Of a stretch of 64,000 bases of DNA, positions 52,216 through 64,000 are shown piece by piece. Numbering within the stretch: the stretch's first letter is position 1; each line of letters opens with the position of its first letter. Made by a program: the position numbers and the translations under genes. The notes beneath the pieces were generated by a model. It did no database searches and had not been told where the DNA came from. It worked only from the letters and a program-made list of their open reading frames with translations. Source of the DNA: Felis catus (taxonomy: Eukaryota); assembly GCF_018350175.1 (NCBI RefSeq), contig NC_058368.1:150972001-151036000 (forward strand), read 5' to 3'.

Positions 52216-53227
52216 TTCATCACATTACAACGCAGGCTAACAGCATGCCTGTTAATGAAGCTGACGCGCTTAATGAGTGCACAGGTAAATAGGTACCAAA
52301 AAGAGAAGCTCCCACCAGTCGGCTGGGCGATTTACCTCTCCCTACTGGAAACACGTGTAGCTTATCATGTTTTAGGAATGATTTGCTGTTGTCTGAGGTC
52401 GCCCCCTCTTCTTGTTGTGGAGAGAAGCCAAAAAAAAAAAAAAAACCCACAAAAAGAAACGAAAAAAACAAAAAAATATGTTCCATTGTCAGTCTTCTTT
52501 CTAATAAGCTACCTGAGCATTGGTCTTATAACATTTGGGGATCTGATCTGGTTTGTTATCTGTTGATTTTGGTTTGTTGTTTTTGAGTGTGCTGTTTTTC
52601 TGAGGGAAGCAAAAGAACGTGTATTTGGTGGGGTTGGAGGCACAAGACAAGAGCTTGTGTGTGCGGCCGGAAGGCTGGAGAGTCTGGAAGCCAGGCAGTG
52701 GCGAAAGAAGACGGAGTCTCGTCCTCCCGGGGTCGGGACGGGGCCCGTTGGCCTCCTCCGGCCTGGGCTTGGCTACTGCTGCTGCCGCCGCCCGCACTAG
52801 CGGGCTCCGCCGGCTGCCGCTCCGTGTTTTCCCCCATCCCGGCTTCACGTTCAAGGTTTAGCTGCGAGGTCACGTCCATTGACGTCAGCTCCCTGTCTCC
52901 CTCTACGTCCGGCTACATTTACATACATCAAGGAAATTAGGGCATTAAAAAAATATGCAAATCCTGCGCGGAGAGGAGCCGGTGCATTCCTGGCGCGATC
53001 GCCTTTTATTGAAGCTTTTAATTAAAGGGGCCAGTTGGCGAGCCCCTGAAACAACCGCCAAAACCCCCAAAAGAGAAAAATAAACGCTGTAGCCTTCGGG
53101 AACGGTTGTTTCGGCTCCTGTTCTGTGGGCGGCTGAGGACCGCCGGCTGCCGGGCTCGGAGAAGAACAGGTTAGAGGAGGCAGCTCCAGCCCATGCATAA
53201 TCAGGGCTCCGCGGCGCCTCCATTCTT

Positions 53228-53286
53228 TCCTCCTCCTCCTCCTCCTCCTCTCCTCCTCCTCCTCCACCTCTCCTCCTCCTCCTCCT
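53228..53286. repeat. (CCT)n polypyrimidine tract
   Basis: Direct. Confidence 0.9.
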
Positions 53287-55019
53287 GCTCCCGCTCCTGT
53301 TGGTTCCAGCGTGTATTATTTTTAATACTGATGCATATGTAAAGATATATTTGCATTTTTTAAATCGCGAAAAGTTCAGATTGTATCGTTTTATTGATTC
53401 TCCCCTCCGTTCCTTTTTTTGCTATCTTACTATGTCTATCTGTCTTTCTTGTCCCTTTCTGTCTGTATTTTTTGGCGAGTGTCTGCTGCTGTCTCTTGGT
53501 AGATAATATGCACAGTTGCCTCTCTGCTTCTGTGTATTTAAGGCTCCAAATATGCACATCTGTCATGTATGTAATGCCAGCTGTATAACCTCCTGCTTTG
53601 GTCATAAAAGAAAAGACACATTTTTTTTTTTCTTTCCTGACATACCCCCTTGGTCGGCTGTAATGTCCATCGCTGAAGGCTCTAAGTTTGATTATCTAAT
53701 TAACTTCATATTAGCAAAAACACAGTTCGGGCCAGTGTGTTTGGGATAATGTATGTAAAAAGGGAAGTGACTCCAAAGATTCTAAAGAATTTTTGTGCTG
53801 ATTGCCTGAGAGTTGCGGCATTCGCTACCCTATAGCCTTATAGCATTTCTTACTGTAAAAAAAAAAAATTATTTTAAAATGTGTAGACACAGCAACGGAC
53901 AGCCTTCTGCAAGGAAGACATTTTCAACCATGTTGTATGTTGTACCTTATCTGCTACACTCAAAATTTACTGAGTTTCATTTTTATCTCATATGACTGGA
54001 AACAGGCACATTATCTCGATTGAAAAGCATCCTTAATTCCTGATTTTGAAATGAAAACAAATGAACAAAACAACTGACTATATTAAGTCAGTTGATTTAC
54101 CCTAAAATATACAGGCCTTGAGTTAGATTTCAAGCAATGGTAATCTCGTTCCTAGGGTCAGATTTTCCTTCCTGGCAACGTATCTATTCAGCACAATGGC
54201 TTTTGGAAATATATATGTATGAAGTCCACTTTTAAGATTCCCCCAAAGCTATCATTTTTAAAAGACTGAATCCATAATTGCATAGCCACCAAGAACAGCA
54301 AGTATGCACACATGCAGCTTATTCAATTAAACAAATCCAAGTACATGCACAGGTAATTAGTTTTCTTATGAATAACTTACCTGCACAGATACTCAGGGCA
54401 AGACTCAGCCCTCCCCAATGGCTTTCATGTATAAATATTCAGATGTATTTTCTCCCATTTTAAACCTACAGCTGTATGCCATCTTTCATGCTGGACTATC
54501 CAGCATCCATTTTTAGCACGCTTAATTCTTATGGCATTTCCAGCCTTACCTCTGGCTGTAGTTTTTCCAACCCTACACCAAAGTGCTCATATGATATGTC
54601 ACCCAATAAAAAGTGGTCAGATGGCTACACGTAAAACATTAAAAAACGGAAACACACTCATCCTTTAGGTTTGCCCTTACCTTGCCATACATAGCAAGAT
54701 TGCCTTTCCTAAAGTACGTTTTCAGCACATTTTATGAATAGTTGCAGAATTTCACAACTGGTTGCAGAATTGCCGGTTTCTGGGGGGCACCTGGCTGAGC
54801 GAAACAATTCGGCAGGTTAAATGTCTCTTCCAGTTTGGCTGCAGTTCAATCGTGCGTGGCGGTTTGTTCCTGCCTAGACTCTCTAACATACCTGCCTGCC
54901 TTTATGCAGGGAACAGGACAAATACACCGCCACGTTTCAGGGCGTAGAGTGGCGGTGCATATATTTAGATGGTACTAGCAAGGAATGTGTGCATGTACGG
55001 ATGTCTGTGCATGCATGTG

Positions 55020-55560
55020 TGTACAGACGTGTGTGTGCGTGCGCGCGCGCGCTGTGTGACAAGGGACACATAGAGGTACACCTCTTATCTCTGATCTCTC
55101 AGTAATCTCCTTTTCTGTTTCTAATCTCCCTTATTGGCTCATGGTAGTAACCTGAAGCATCTGAACCGTCACCGTCACTGCCGTGCGCGCGCTGTGGCTT
55201 ACCCCGGGGGCCGGTGGCTCGGTGGCTCGCTGGTTCAGTGGGTGTTGTGGCGGAGGGTGGGTAGCGCCGCTGCCGCCGCCGCCGCGGGTCCGGGTGCTCT
55301 GTCCCAGCCCGGCAGCCGAGCGCGCGGTGCCGGAGCCCCCTCCCACCCCGCCCTCACCCCCATCCTCCCCTCCTCTACCCTCTGCGCCTCCCCCCACTCC
55401 GCCCCGCATTACCATATGGAGGCCGAGTCCCTGCGAATCACAGCAGCAGCGGGCGGCATTTGAATAAGCCCCGCAACCTCGGGCAGACCCCAACTCCTCC
55501 ACAAGCTGCGTGCCCTGCATCTAGGGCCACCACTCCGTCCGGTAACCTGGCAGCGGCCGA
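55020..55560. promoter_or_regulatory. CpG island; candidate minus-strand first exon ending at 55203
   Basis: CpG-rich with (GCC)n; donor GGG|GTAAGC; GC-box-like CCGCCC motifs upstream on the minus strand. Confidence 0.7.
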
Positions 55561-56689
55561 CACCTCCCCAAAGTGTCCAGGCCTCCCACTTGCTACTTTT
55601 ATATTAACTTGACTGATAGGATCAGGCGATAAATGGGGGGTGTGTGTGCGGGGGGGGGGGGCGGAAACCGAGAGAGATACACACAACATAGAAGAAAGGG
55701 AGCGGAATGGGGGGGTGGAGAAAAGAAGGGAAGGGAGAGGAAAGAGGAAAGGAGCTGTGGTGGTGAGGGTGGGGGGTGGGATGACAAGGACAGAAAGGAA
55801 GACAGAGGCAAAGGAAAGTGGGAGAAAACAGAAAAGAGAGCCCAAAGGGTTGGGTGAATAAAAGTAAAATGGGGAGGCAGTGGGGAAAAGATGGGAGGGG
55901 GGAAGATACCCAAGTATCTGATTTTGGACTTTCCAAGCTAAAAATATCACCTCACTGAACTTCAGAACCTCCAATTAGACACGTGTTTCTCCCCCCTCCC
56001 ACATAACCAAATGATTAATTTGCCCTCTCAGTATCAGAAATAATTGTTTAGAATTGTATAACAGATATAGATTTAACATAAAGGAGTCAATTTTGTGAAA
56101 CATAGCAAAAGGCATGACATTTAAAGATGATGTTGGCCACCTCTTGTTAAAAAATTAAGGCTTCCCTTGAATACTTAGACACCTGCCCAGCCTTGTCCTC
56201 CAAGATAGTGAGACCAAGGCCCAGAGTCAGGAAGAAGACGTGTTCCAAAATATTTTGGACTTTAAGTAAGAATTTTTCTTTCATCCTCTTTGATATTTGA
56301 TTGATACATTTTTCCTCTTCACCAACTGATTGCGTTTATCAAAAAATATAGATCAAGTGTGGGATTTTAAATTTTTTTTACTGCAAAATGTTCCCACGTT
56401 TTAAAAGAAGATAGGGCTTTTAAACGTTAGTTTAAATACATAGCCAGTTCCATTTTGAATGCTAACTCAATAACTCGAAGTTCTGAATTTGGCGTTTTCA
56501 GTGCGGTTCCCCCTTACTATCTACAAATCAGAACAGTGATTTCCCTGTATAAAACAATCAGAATCATAAGAAAATCTCCAGTTACCTATAGGATGTACCC
56601 AGTGTAAATATCCCTTTCAGTATTCATAAGCCAAACCTTCTCCTTTTGAGACACACACAAAAAGAACGCTTCTGATTAATAATCTCTTA

Positions 56690-57720
56690 CGCGGCACACC
56701 GAGGCCGAGGACGAAGGCAGGGAACCGCAGGACGCCAGAGAAGGGCGCAGAATTCTCAATACCTAGAATTTCAATACAGAGCCCAAAGACGTGCTAACTA
56801 CTAGGTTTCCGAAGGGGAATAATATTTGGCAAGCGATGCTTTGGGAGAAGACAACCACATACAAATACTGACTCCTTCCTGGGCCGGGGGAGGGGGGCGG
56901 TCGCGATTACCCGGCATTTCTGCGTGCAGATGTGTGTACAAGATGGTATGTACATCGCGCATGTGGCCAGGCCCAGGTTTCTTTCTTTTTCTTCTTTTTT
57001 GAGGCAAGAAGTTGAAACCAATCCACTCTTTGTGTGGCTAGCTCCCACGAAGCTGGGATTTCAACCTCTTATTTTTAAAGCCACTGTAGAGCCCCGGTTG
57101 AATCTCCCGGCTCAGGAGTCTACCAAGATGCTCCCTATGCCCGGTCGCTGCCCACAGCACGTGAAGAGAAGAGAAAGGAGGGAGAATTGGTGGCTTCAAG
57201 CCGCTTCCGTCGGGGCCCCGCGTTGCTCTCCAACAACCCCCCACTCTCCTCTTTCTCTCCCCCAAGGCGCTCCCTTAGGCCGGCCAGTGTCGCTGCGGTC
57301 GTGACCAGGTGAGCGAGAGGAGAGTCCCAGGTGGGTAGCGGCCCTCTCTCGGGAGCTCTGGTAGGTCTGTGAACCTGCCTGGCGCGGCAGGCTGAGTGGC
57401 GCGGGGGGCCAGCGCGGGGCTCCTGGCTCGGGCCAGCAGGGGAACAGCGACACCTACTGGCTACGCGGGCACCGCGTCGTGGCCGTCGGGGCGGCCCTGG
57501 GCTGGGGGTGCTCGTCTGCGTGGGCTTGGGAGGCCACAGGAATCTGCGCCCAGGGCTCGTCCTGCCCCTCTAGGCCTCGCCTGCCCCCAGGAAGACAAAG
57601 CCTCAGCTTCTAGAGACTCCTCGGGGGGTTGTAGGATGAGACTGAACAATCACGCGGGCACACACGCTTCCCAGCCCGAGGTTCTTTCTTCTGAGTACCG
57701 AAGGGACCCGCAGTGCAGTT
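56690..57720. promoter_or_regulatory. CpG island
   Basis: High CpG and GC content. Confidence 0.7.
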
Positions 57721-58652
57721 GGCCACCGTTTCCTAGTTTTATGAGAGATTCAGACTGAGGTTGGAACCCTGACCTCTTCGGGTTCATGACCCAGGCCTCT
57801 TCTCCACCACCTCCATTTCAGTGCTGACTAAAGATGATATCTTTGCAAATGAGGAACCTAGGAGAGTTCATTATCCTCCCCTAAGAGGAGAAATGTGCGA
57901 GTCAAGGACATAGGCTCACAGTCAGTGGCTGGCACGCAGACCAGCCTAGCCTTCATGCTCTCCAGCCCCGCGCACCTTAAGCGCGCTGTCACCGTTGCCG
58001 GGGATAGAGATTGGGTGGTTTTTCTTTAAGGATTATGATCTTCTTAATTACGCCGGAAGTAAAGGCAAATTTGGGGTGATGGCGATATTTCGAGACCTAA
58101 GGGCACATACAGATTCTAAAAATGTAAATGTAAATGCTTGTTGGCTTTGGTTGGGAAGGTTGGGAGAGGGTGCCACGGGATGGCGAGGCCTGAGGAAAAC
58201 CTAGGAAGTAGGAGGCCAGAAAGAAACCAATTCACGTATTCCAGACTTACTTTCTCTTATCAGTCTTTTCTGTTCAAGCAGAAAAGCCATTTCCTGTGAA
58301 AAGGAGGGGGTCCCAGCAATGGGTGGAGGAAAGAGGGATCTTAGGCTCCTTTTCTCCCTCAGATACCTCCTATTTCCCGTGTTTGGTTCTGAGTCTCACC
58401 TGGGCCTAAGAAACCTGATTTCGTGTGATTCGGGTGTTAACTTGCTTGAGTATTAAGAAATATATTTCTTCTCCTGAAAGATTGGAGTATCTGAACTAAT
58501 ATGAATCCTTGAGATTTTTCTATTTAAAATAATACTCATTAAAATCCCAGAATTAAAAAAAAAAAACTTTTCATAGAAAGTTCGAGTTCATCTTGGAAAT
58601 TATTTTACTTAGCTTTAGATACTGATTGAAACTAGTGTCTCAAGTGATTTGA

Positions 58653-58765
58653 GGGGTGCCTGGATGGTTCAGCAGGTAGAGCATGGGACTCTTGAATCTC
58701 AGGGTGGTGAGTTCAAGCCCCATATTGGGAACGGAGACTACTTTAATAAATAAATAAATAAGCAA
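58653..58765 (+). mobile_element. Short old Can-SINE (only SINE seen right of 27.6 kb)
   Basis: GGGGTGCCTGGATGGTTCAGCAGGTAGAGCATGGGACTCTTG...(TAAA)n tail. Confidence 0.88.
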
Positions 58766-59929
58766 GCAAGCAAAGTTGAATAAGGTGAAATTAAGAATAA
58801 ATAAAGTGTTTTGAGGAAAGGGGGGAACGGACTCTTGTTAGGGCTAAATTTTTGTCTGCATTATCTACAATTGCAACGTTTTGCTAATTCTGTTTTGTTT
58901 AAATAAGGTTGGAATCTCTTAGTGCCCCTAGAGTCAAGAGTCTTAGAACAAATTCCTTCCTTTTTTTTATTAAAAAAGTCTAAAATGCTCTAGAAGCCTG
59001 CCCCTCAACTATTTGCAAGTATTTTCTTCTTCTTTTTAAAAATTATCCTGCAAGTCTCTCTGAATGTATTCTGATAATATGTGAATTCACATCTCAGAGC
59101 AGGCCCTTAGCAGTTTGTATGATGTATAATAAAACCTGTATTACTAATAATGAATAAAATAGAGCTATATCTTAATGGCATTTCTCTCAGTGAGTCCTGC
59201 ACCCCACTGCATATCAAAGTCAACTTTCTCATTGTAAATGGAAACCTTCACCAAAAAAAGAAAATGATTACAGGAAAATTAAATTACATGGGCACACGAC
59301 AAGCACCCATCAACCAAACCCAGTTCAGAGGTCTCTGTGTATTGAAAGCACTTTGGCAAATTCAGGGATTGAAATGTTTTCCTTTCTTGGGAAGCATTGG
59401 GTTTCTAGAATGTAGCTTCATTTGTGACTTGAAAATCTTAGCTAGAATAATTTTTCATTGTTGCTTGATATTCTTTGGTTTTATTGACATCTAAAAATTG
59501 TTAAAATTTATTATTAAAGAAAATAAAAGAAATAGAACTTATGTGTCAAAATGGTGGAATTTCTCTGTATACCTAATCACCCCCAAAGCATAATCATGTT
59601 AAACCCCAATTAAATTCGGAACAGAAAATTAGGCCAGCGAAATTGTTTCTTATTCCACAAGAAATGTGAATATATGCATACCATTATATTATATGTAATG
59701 TAATATACAGATATATACAGATATATATCCATGGGTTTTACAGTGATGTTTATGTGAACTAAAGGTGGAGATGAGGCTTCTCATTCTATTTAGGTCTTCC
59801 TTAATATATTTCTCTTTTAATTCCTCTTTCTTAGCAAGAAAATTAAGGAATGAAGACAGGCTAAGCTATCATTAGACTGTATCTGTGTTCCTTTGTCACA
59901 CCTGCCCTCCTCAGGGCTCGCCTGGGAGG

Positions 59930-59931
<2 letters not shown>

Positions 59932-59971
<40 letters not shown>
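59932..59971. repeat. (TG)n microsatellite
   Basis: Direct. Confidence 0.95.
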
Positions 59972-59976
<5 letters not shown>

Positions 59977-60295
59977 CTTCCCTGCTCGTTAAGGAGCATG
60001 AAGGAAGAAAGGGATGCAAGGATGAGAATATTGTTCAGAAAGGCACATCATTGCATGTGAAAAAGAGACAGTTACATTAGAAACCCCACTAAATCCCAGC
60101 TATTTGGTTATCTGGGGAGGGGAGGCTTGTGTGTGGTAGCTGGCAGGCTGATTGCAAAAAATTGTTTTGGGGAGAGGAGAGGCTCCCTGCCTTGGGAGTG
60201 GCCTCCCTTTTAGCTTCGGTGAAATCCACAGGGGCTCAATGACGTTTGGTTACAGGGAGTATACCTCCAAGGACACCTGTGTGCATCTGGTTGGA

Positions 60296-60297
<2 letters not shown>

Positions 60298-60332
<35 letters not shown>
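60298..60332. repeat. (TG)n microsatellite
   Basis: Direct. Confidence 0.95.
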
Positions 60333-60334
<2 letters not shown>

Positions 60335-60699
60335 GGAAGAAGCAGGTGCTTCATCACAAATACCTTTGAAAATATATTGATCCTAAAATTCTGCCATGTC
60401 ATCAATTGGTGTCAGGCACCAAGGTCACTAACATGTCCCAGGTTCACTCATGGACCGCGACATTATTGCTTTTGATGGTATGAATATGGCTTCTTTCATG
60501 TCTTTGGTTCTTTATGGTACTTCCTTAGAGTGGGGCGAGGCTCTAGCTTTCCCCTCCTCCCTTCTTCTTCCCCGCAAACAAAACCATTCTACCACTTGAG
60601 CCATCTGCCGCAGGTGTAATGGATGGCAGGGTGCCGACCTAACCACACTTCAGTCTCTTCTAGGTCGTCACCGCTCTGCACCAAACAAATGAGTCCTGT

Positions 60700-61752
60700 T
60701 TCGCCACTAGGGTGCCGAGGTGGATGGTGGATGCCGGCCCCCGCCCCTGGCAGCGTTCAGCGCTTAGAAACCAGAGCCAGCTGACAACATACGAAACACA
60801 CAGGCACAGAGAAAACGCCGAGCCAACGCGCGCTCCCTCTGTCCCCTCCCTCTGCTCTCTGTACACAGGGAGGACACGTACACACTCTTTACACATTCAA
60901 AAGCCCTCGCGACTATGAATTCTTGGTTACTTATGATAGCCTTCCCGACTGCACATAGCCCCTGGTGTGTATATGTATGTGTGTGTGTGTGCGCGCGCGA
61001 GCGAGCGCGAATGTGCGTGTGTGTTTAAAACGCTTATTGGTAGGTAATCAGCAGCTGATCAGACATAGTAATCCAATAATATTTTTGAATACATACAATT
61101 TTTCGTTAAGGGTAATTTTTTTAAAGGAAAAAAAGAAAACTATCAATTCCTTGCGCAAATCTATGGTTCCCAATTTAGGTTCCAGGGAACCGCAGAGCTG
61201 CGCAGTCCCCTCCTTGCCAAACTTTCCCTTTCTGAGGTTTGAACGAGGCGCAGATTGTCACTTCATGACAGAGCAGGATCTCATTTGCACGCAAATGTGT
61301 AAAAGAAGGAGCTATGGGACCGCACAGCACAGAGTGGGAAATCGGGTAGCTGGAAACCTCCCGTGGTCGCCTGGAACCCTGGCAGGACGCACGGGGTGCC
61401 CCAGGGCAAGAAGCCGGCGTCCAACCTCCCAGGCGCGCACCGCATCCTCTTGGCTCCCGCCCTCGGACTGGAACCCTGCCCGCCGCCCCCACCCTCGCCC
61501 GCCTGCCCTCACCCCACCTCCATTTTCATCATTATTTGAGTAGCCCCAGGTAATTGTGCCCGTCTCTCGGGCCTGGGCTACGGGGGAAGGCTGGACCCTG
61601 CCTGGAATCGAACTCCGCTGTTCCCAGGGTACTTACCTCGAGCGAGGCCCTGGCAAATGGTGGCCCAGAAGCGTCAAGTTTCCTCTCCCAGCCGTTGTGC
61701 CAGATTCCCCTCCTGCCTGCCGCTCCTCTCGGCAGGCTGGTCTCTCCCTCCC

Positions 61753-61789
<37 letters not shown>

Positions 61790-62460
61790 GTCACACACGA
61801 GGATTACTTGTGACTTTTAGAGGCAAAAGCTTGCTTATTCAGAAGAGAAAGGGAGGGGGGAGACGGAAGGGAGGCGGGAGGGAGGAGAGGGGGAGAGAGA
61901 AATAGGATGGAGGATGAAGAGGAGGTGGAGAATCAGAGGTAGTGAAGGCGTAGGTAGAGGAGGAGGAGGAGGAAGAGGAGGAGGTGGAGGGATGGGAGGG
62001 GTAGGGTGGAGTAACCGAAGATGGGCTGGGATGGGACGCGAGGGATAAATTGCTCCCCACCCAGCTGCAGTGCGACGCCCCCAGCGTCCCGGGGGAGCCG
62101 GTGCGTCAGATCGCGGCTGGCCGAGGCGGGGCAGTACAAAAGCGCCGCGGGACCCCCTTCGTAGGCTTCTACCCAAGCCGACTGAGCGCCGGAGGCCGCT
62201 CCACGCTTAAGCTCGGACCGCGGAGGGCTCTCCTTCGCCCGGACAGGGGTGGCTGTCTAGGGGCTCCAAGCTCCACGGAACTTTGATTTCATTCTCGGGC
62301 GCCTAGCCATCTTCGCCTGCGTCTCAGACAAGAAATGGAAGCCCGCGCAGTCCCCGCGCGTCCTCACCCTGATCTCCGGCGCCCACCTTAGCCATAGCCC
62401 CTGGTGCGGGCGACGCTCACACGGGCGGCTTCCCCACCGCCCAGGCTCAGCCTCAGTCCT
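60700..62460. promoter_or_regulatory. Distal CpG island; candidate minus-strand first exon ending at 61637
   Basis: CpG-rich; consensus donor GAG|GTAAGT; adjacent CT and GA tracts. Confidence 0.7.
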
Positions 62461-62511
62461 GCGTCTCTGTTCACAACTGGGGCATCCCCCTCAGCTTATT
62501 TTTACGGAGGG

Positions 62512-62513
<2 letters not shown>

Positions 62514-62557
<44 letters not shown>
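62514..62557. repeat. (TG)n microsatellite
   Basis: Direct. Confidence 0.95.
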
Positions 62558-62559
<2 letters not shown>

Positions 62560-64000
62560 AGCGCGCTCACACTCCAGGCTAGAAAGAAGGTGAAATCCTG
62601 GCACGAAAAAGTAGCTTCGGTCTCCTGCAGCTTGGAGACCACGACCAAGTCCGATCATATCCAGTATTTGAGATTCAGCAGCAAGGACCAAGGCGGGAGC
62701 TCACCGGATCATTTCAACCGAGTTTCTATGTAGCAAGGATTGGTTGTTGTTGTTATTATTAAACACGAAAATAGGCTTTAAAAATAAAAAAAAAAGTTGC
62801 ATAGAAGGAAGGGGGACATTTTAGCAATTATCAGGATCCAAAAGTTGTTGAAATGGTTTTCTTGGATAAGAGCATCTATAATGGATAAAGGTGGAAGGCT
62901 CAGACTGGTACAAAACCGTTTTATTAGGTGACGGGATTAAAAAATAGGAGCATGCTTTTTCGGCACAGACGACCCATTAGTTCTGTTAAATGCATTAAGC
63001 CAGCCCAATGGAATGATTACATGGCAGCCTTTAATGTACAAATATGGGGATAGTACAGAGGTGCGCACAAGCGTTCCTAGAATTCTCTGGGTACACACAC
63101 ACACACACACACACTTAAAGAGAAAAGTTTAAACACCAGCAGCCCAAACTCACGAAAAAGTATATTTTCTCAAACTATTCCTCAGATAAGGTAATTATCC
63201 TCTGCCTTTCCTTGCTGACCTGTAGCTGCGACGTTACAGTTATAGAATAGCTACCGGGATCGACATAATTCTGCTTACATTTATCGTGGGTGGCACGTCA
63301 TAAAATGCCAGAGGGGGAGGGGAAACCTTGAGGGGCGGGGAGAAGAGGGCTTTTATTAACAATTATATTCTGCCATAGCAGTTTAATTTAAATAACAGCA
63401 ATGATGTCACGGTAACCATCCTCCTTCTCCCACTGCAGTGGATGGTTTGGTGAGCGACGCATTTGTATATTTAGTTAAGGGATTAGCATTGCCATAGACT
63501 TGTAGACCTATTCTGTGGCATAAAAAAGTCCCTGAATGTTAAACTGCTCAACATTTGGCATGTTTTAGAACCCATTTACCTGCCGGATATCATTCAAGAA
63601 TAAGAATGGTAAAATATCGCTAGTGTGTGCCCACCCCAGTTTTGAAGGAAAATGGAACAAACGAAGTTGTTCTTTAAAAATTGTTCGTTGTAGGCAAATG
63701 AAATTACTTCCCCTCAGCAAAAGGAGCCGGTGTGCAGTCTGTTAATTACGGACCGTATTTTACCAATCCAAAGTGGAGTTGGAAAAATTCTTTTGGAGAG
63801 CCGTGATAGGAGAGAAAGTAGGAAGCACGCAGACCCCAGCCCAGCCTGCCCCACTGGGTCGCTACGCTACGAGCGCACACCGCGCTCATCAGCACCCCGG
63901 TCCTCGCGCACCCGCGCGGTTTGGAGCTTGTTTTCTGAGGGTGAGAGTGCAGTCTCCGTGGATCAGTAGCACATTTACAAGTGGGTAATTGTATAAGGGC

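Larger units (their letters stand above)
51040..53300. promoter_or_regulatory. Main CpG-island promoter complex (GC box, TATA-like, CRE, octamer)
   Basis: Dense CpG; GGGGCGG 51220; TATAAAA 51236; TGACGTCA 52880-52887; ATGCAAAT 52955-52962. Confidence 0.8.
41168..61760 (-). ncRNA. LINC00461: miR-9-2 host lncRNA ortholog (LINC00461/MIR9-2HG); boundaries and exons inferred
   Basis: Contains mir-9-2; minus-strand donors at 61636, 55202 and 49772 inside CpG islands; acceptor CTTTTATCTGTCCTTAG| at 44694; polyA signal at 41183; identity from synteny knowledge. Confidence 0.7.

Noticed and set aside
60501..60508. miR-9-5p 8mer site (ACCAAAGA on minus strand), possible autoregulation
   Set aside because: Probably intronic, and similar sites elsewhere (e.g. 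~13322, ~59472) fit chance frequency
37548..62733. Long overlapping Arg/Pro/Gly/Ala-rich ORFs (up to 198 aa)
   Set aside because: Stop-codon depletion in CpG islands and microsatellites; mostly non-ATG starts, no domains
1..64000. CRISPR arrays, operons, true tRNA/rRNA genes, MEF2C or TMEM161B coding exons
   Set aside because: None seen; tRNA-like segments are SINE heads, and no MADS-box or other recognisable coding exon was found

Overview
Mammalian genomic DNA, very likely a felid: it carries many tRNA-derived Can-SINEs of the SINEC_Fc type. It is not prokaryotic, and I cannot support any intact protein-coding gene. The anchor is an 87-nt miR-9-2 hairpin on the minus strand (43593-43679) that matches the mammalian mir-9-2 stem-loop as I recall it. 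This identifies the LINC00461/MIR9-2HG locus, which lies next to MEF2C in human. The left ~31 kb is repeat-rich: 16 Can-SINEs, L1/L2/MIR/MER5 relics, a scrambled ERVL relic with an MLT1 LTR, a tailless U6 micro-retrocopy and an FTL processed pseudogene. The right ~33 kb is almost transposon-free. It holds several CpG islands, candidate alternative first exons of the host lncRNA, a polyA signal, a full CRE, an octamer cluster and many TG/CA and purine tracts. The most interesting hypotheses are: (1) a 37-aa signal-peptide-like sORF in the pri-miR-9-2 terminal exon; (2) a POU-octamer cluster; (3) an FTL retrocopy whose polyA tail has become G-rich. None is proven from sequence alone, and I did not find a demonstrably new biological system. 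Almost all ORF-track entries are spurious translations of repeats or CpG islands.
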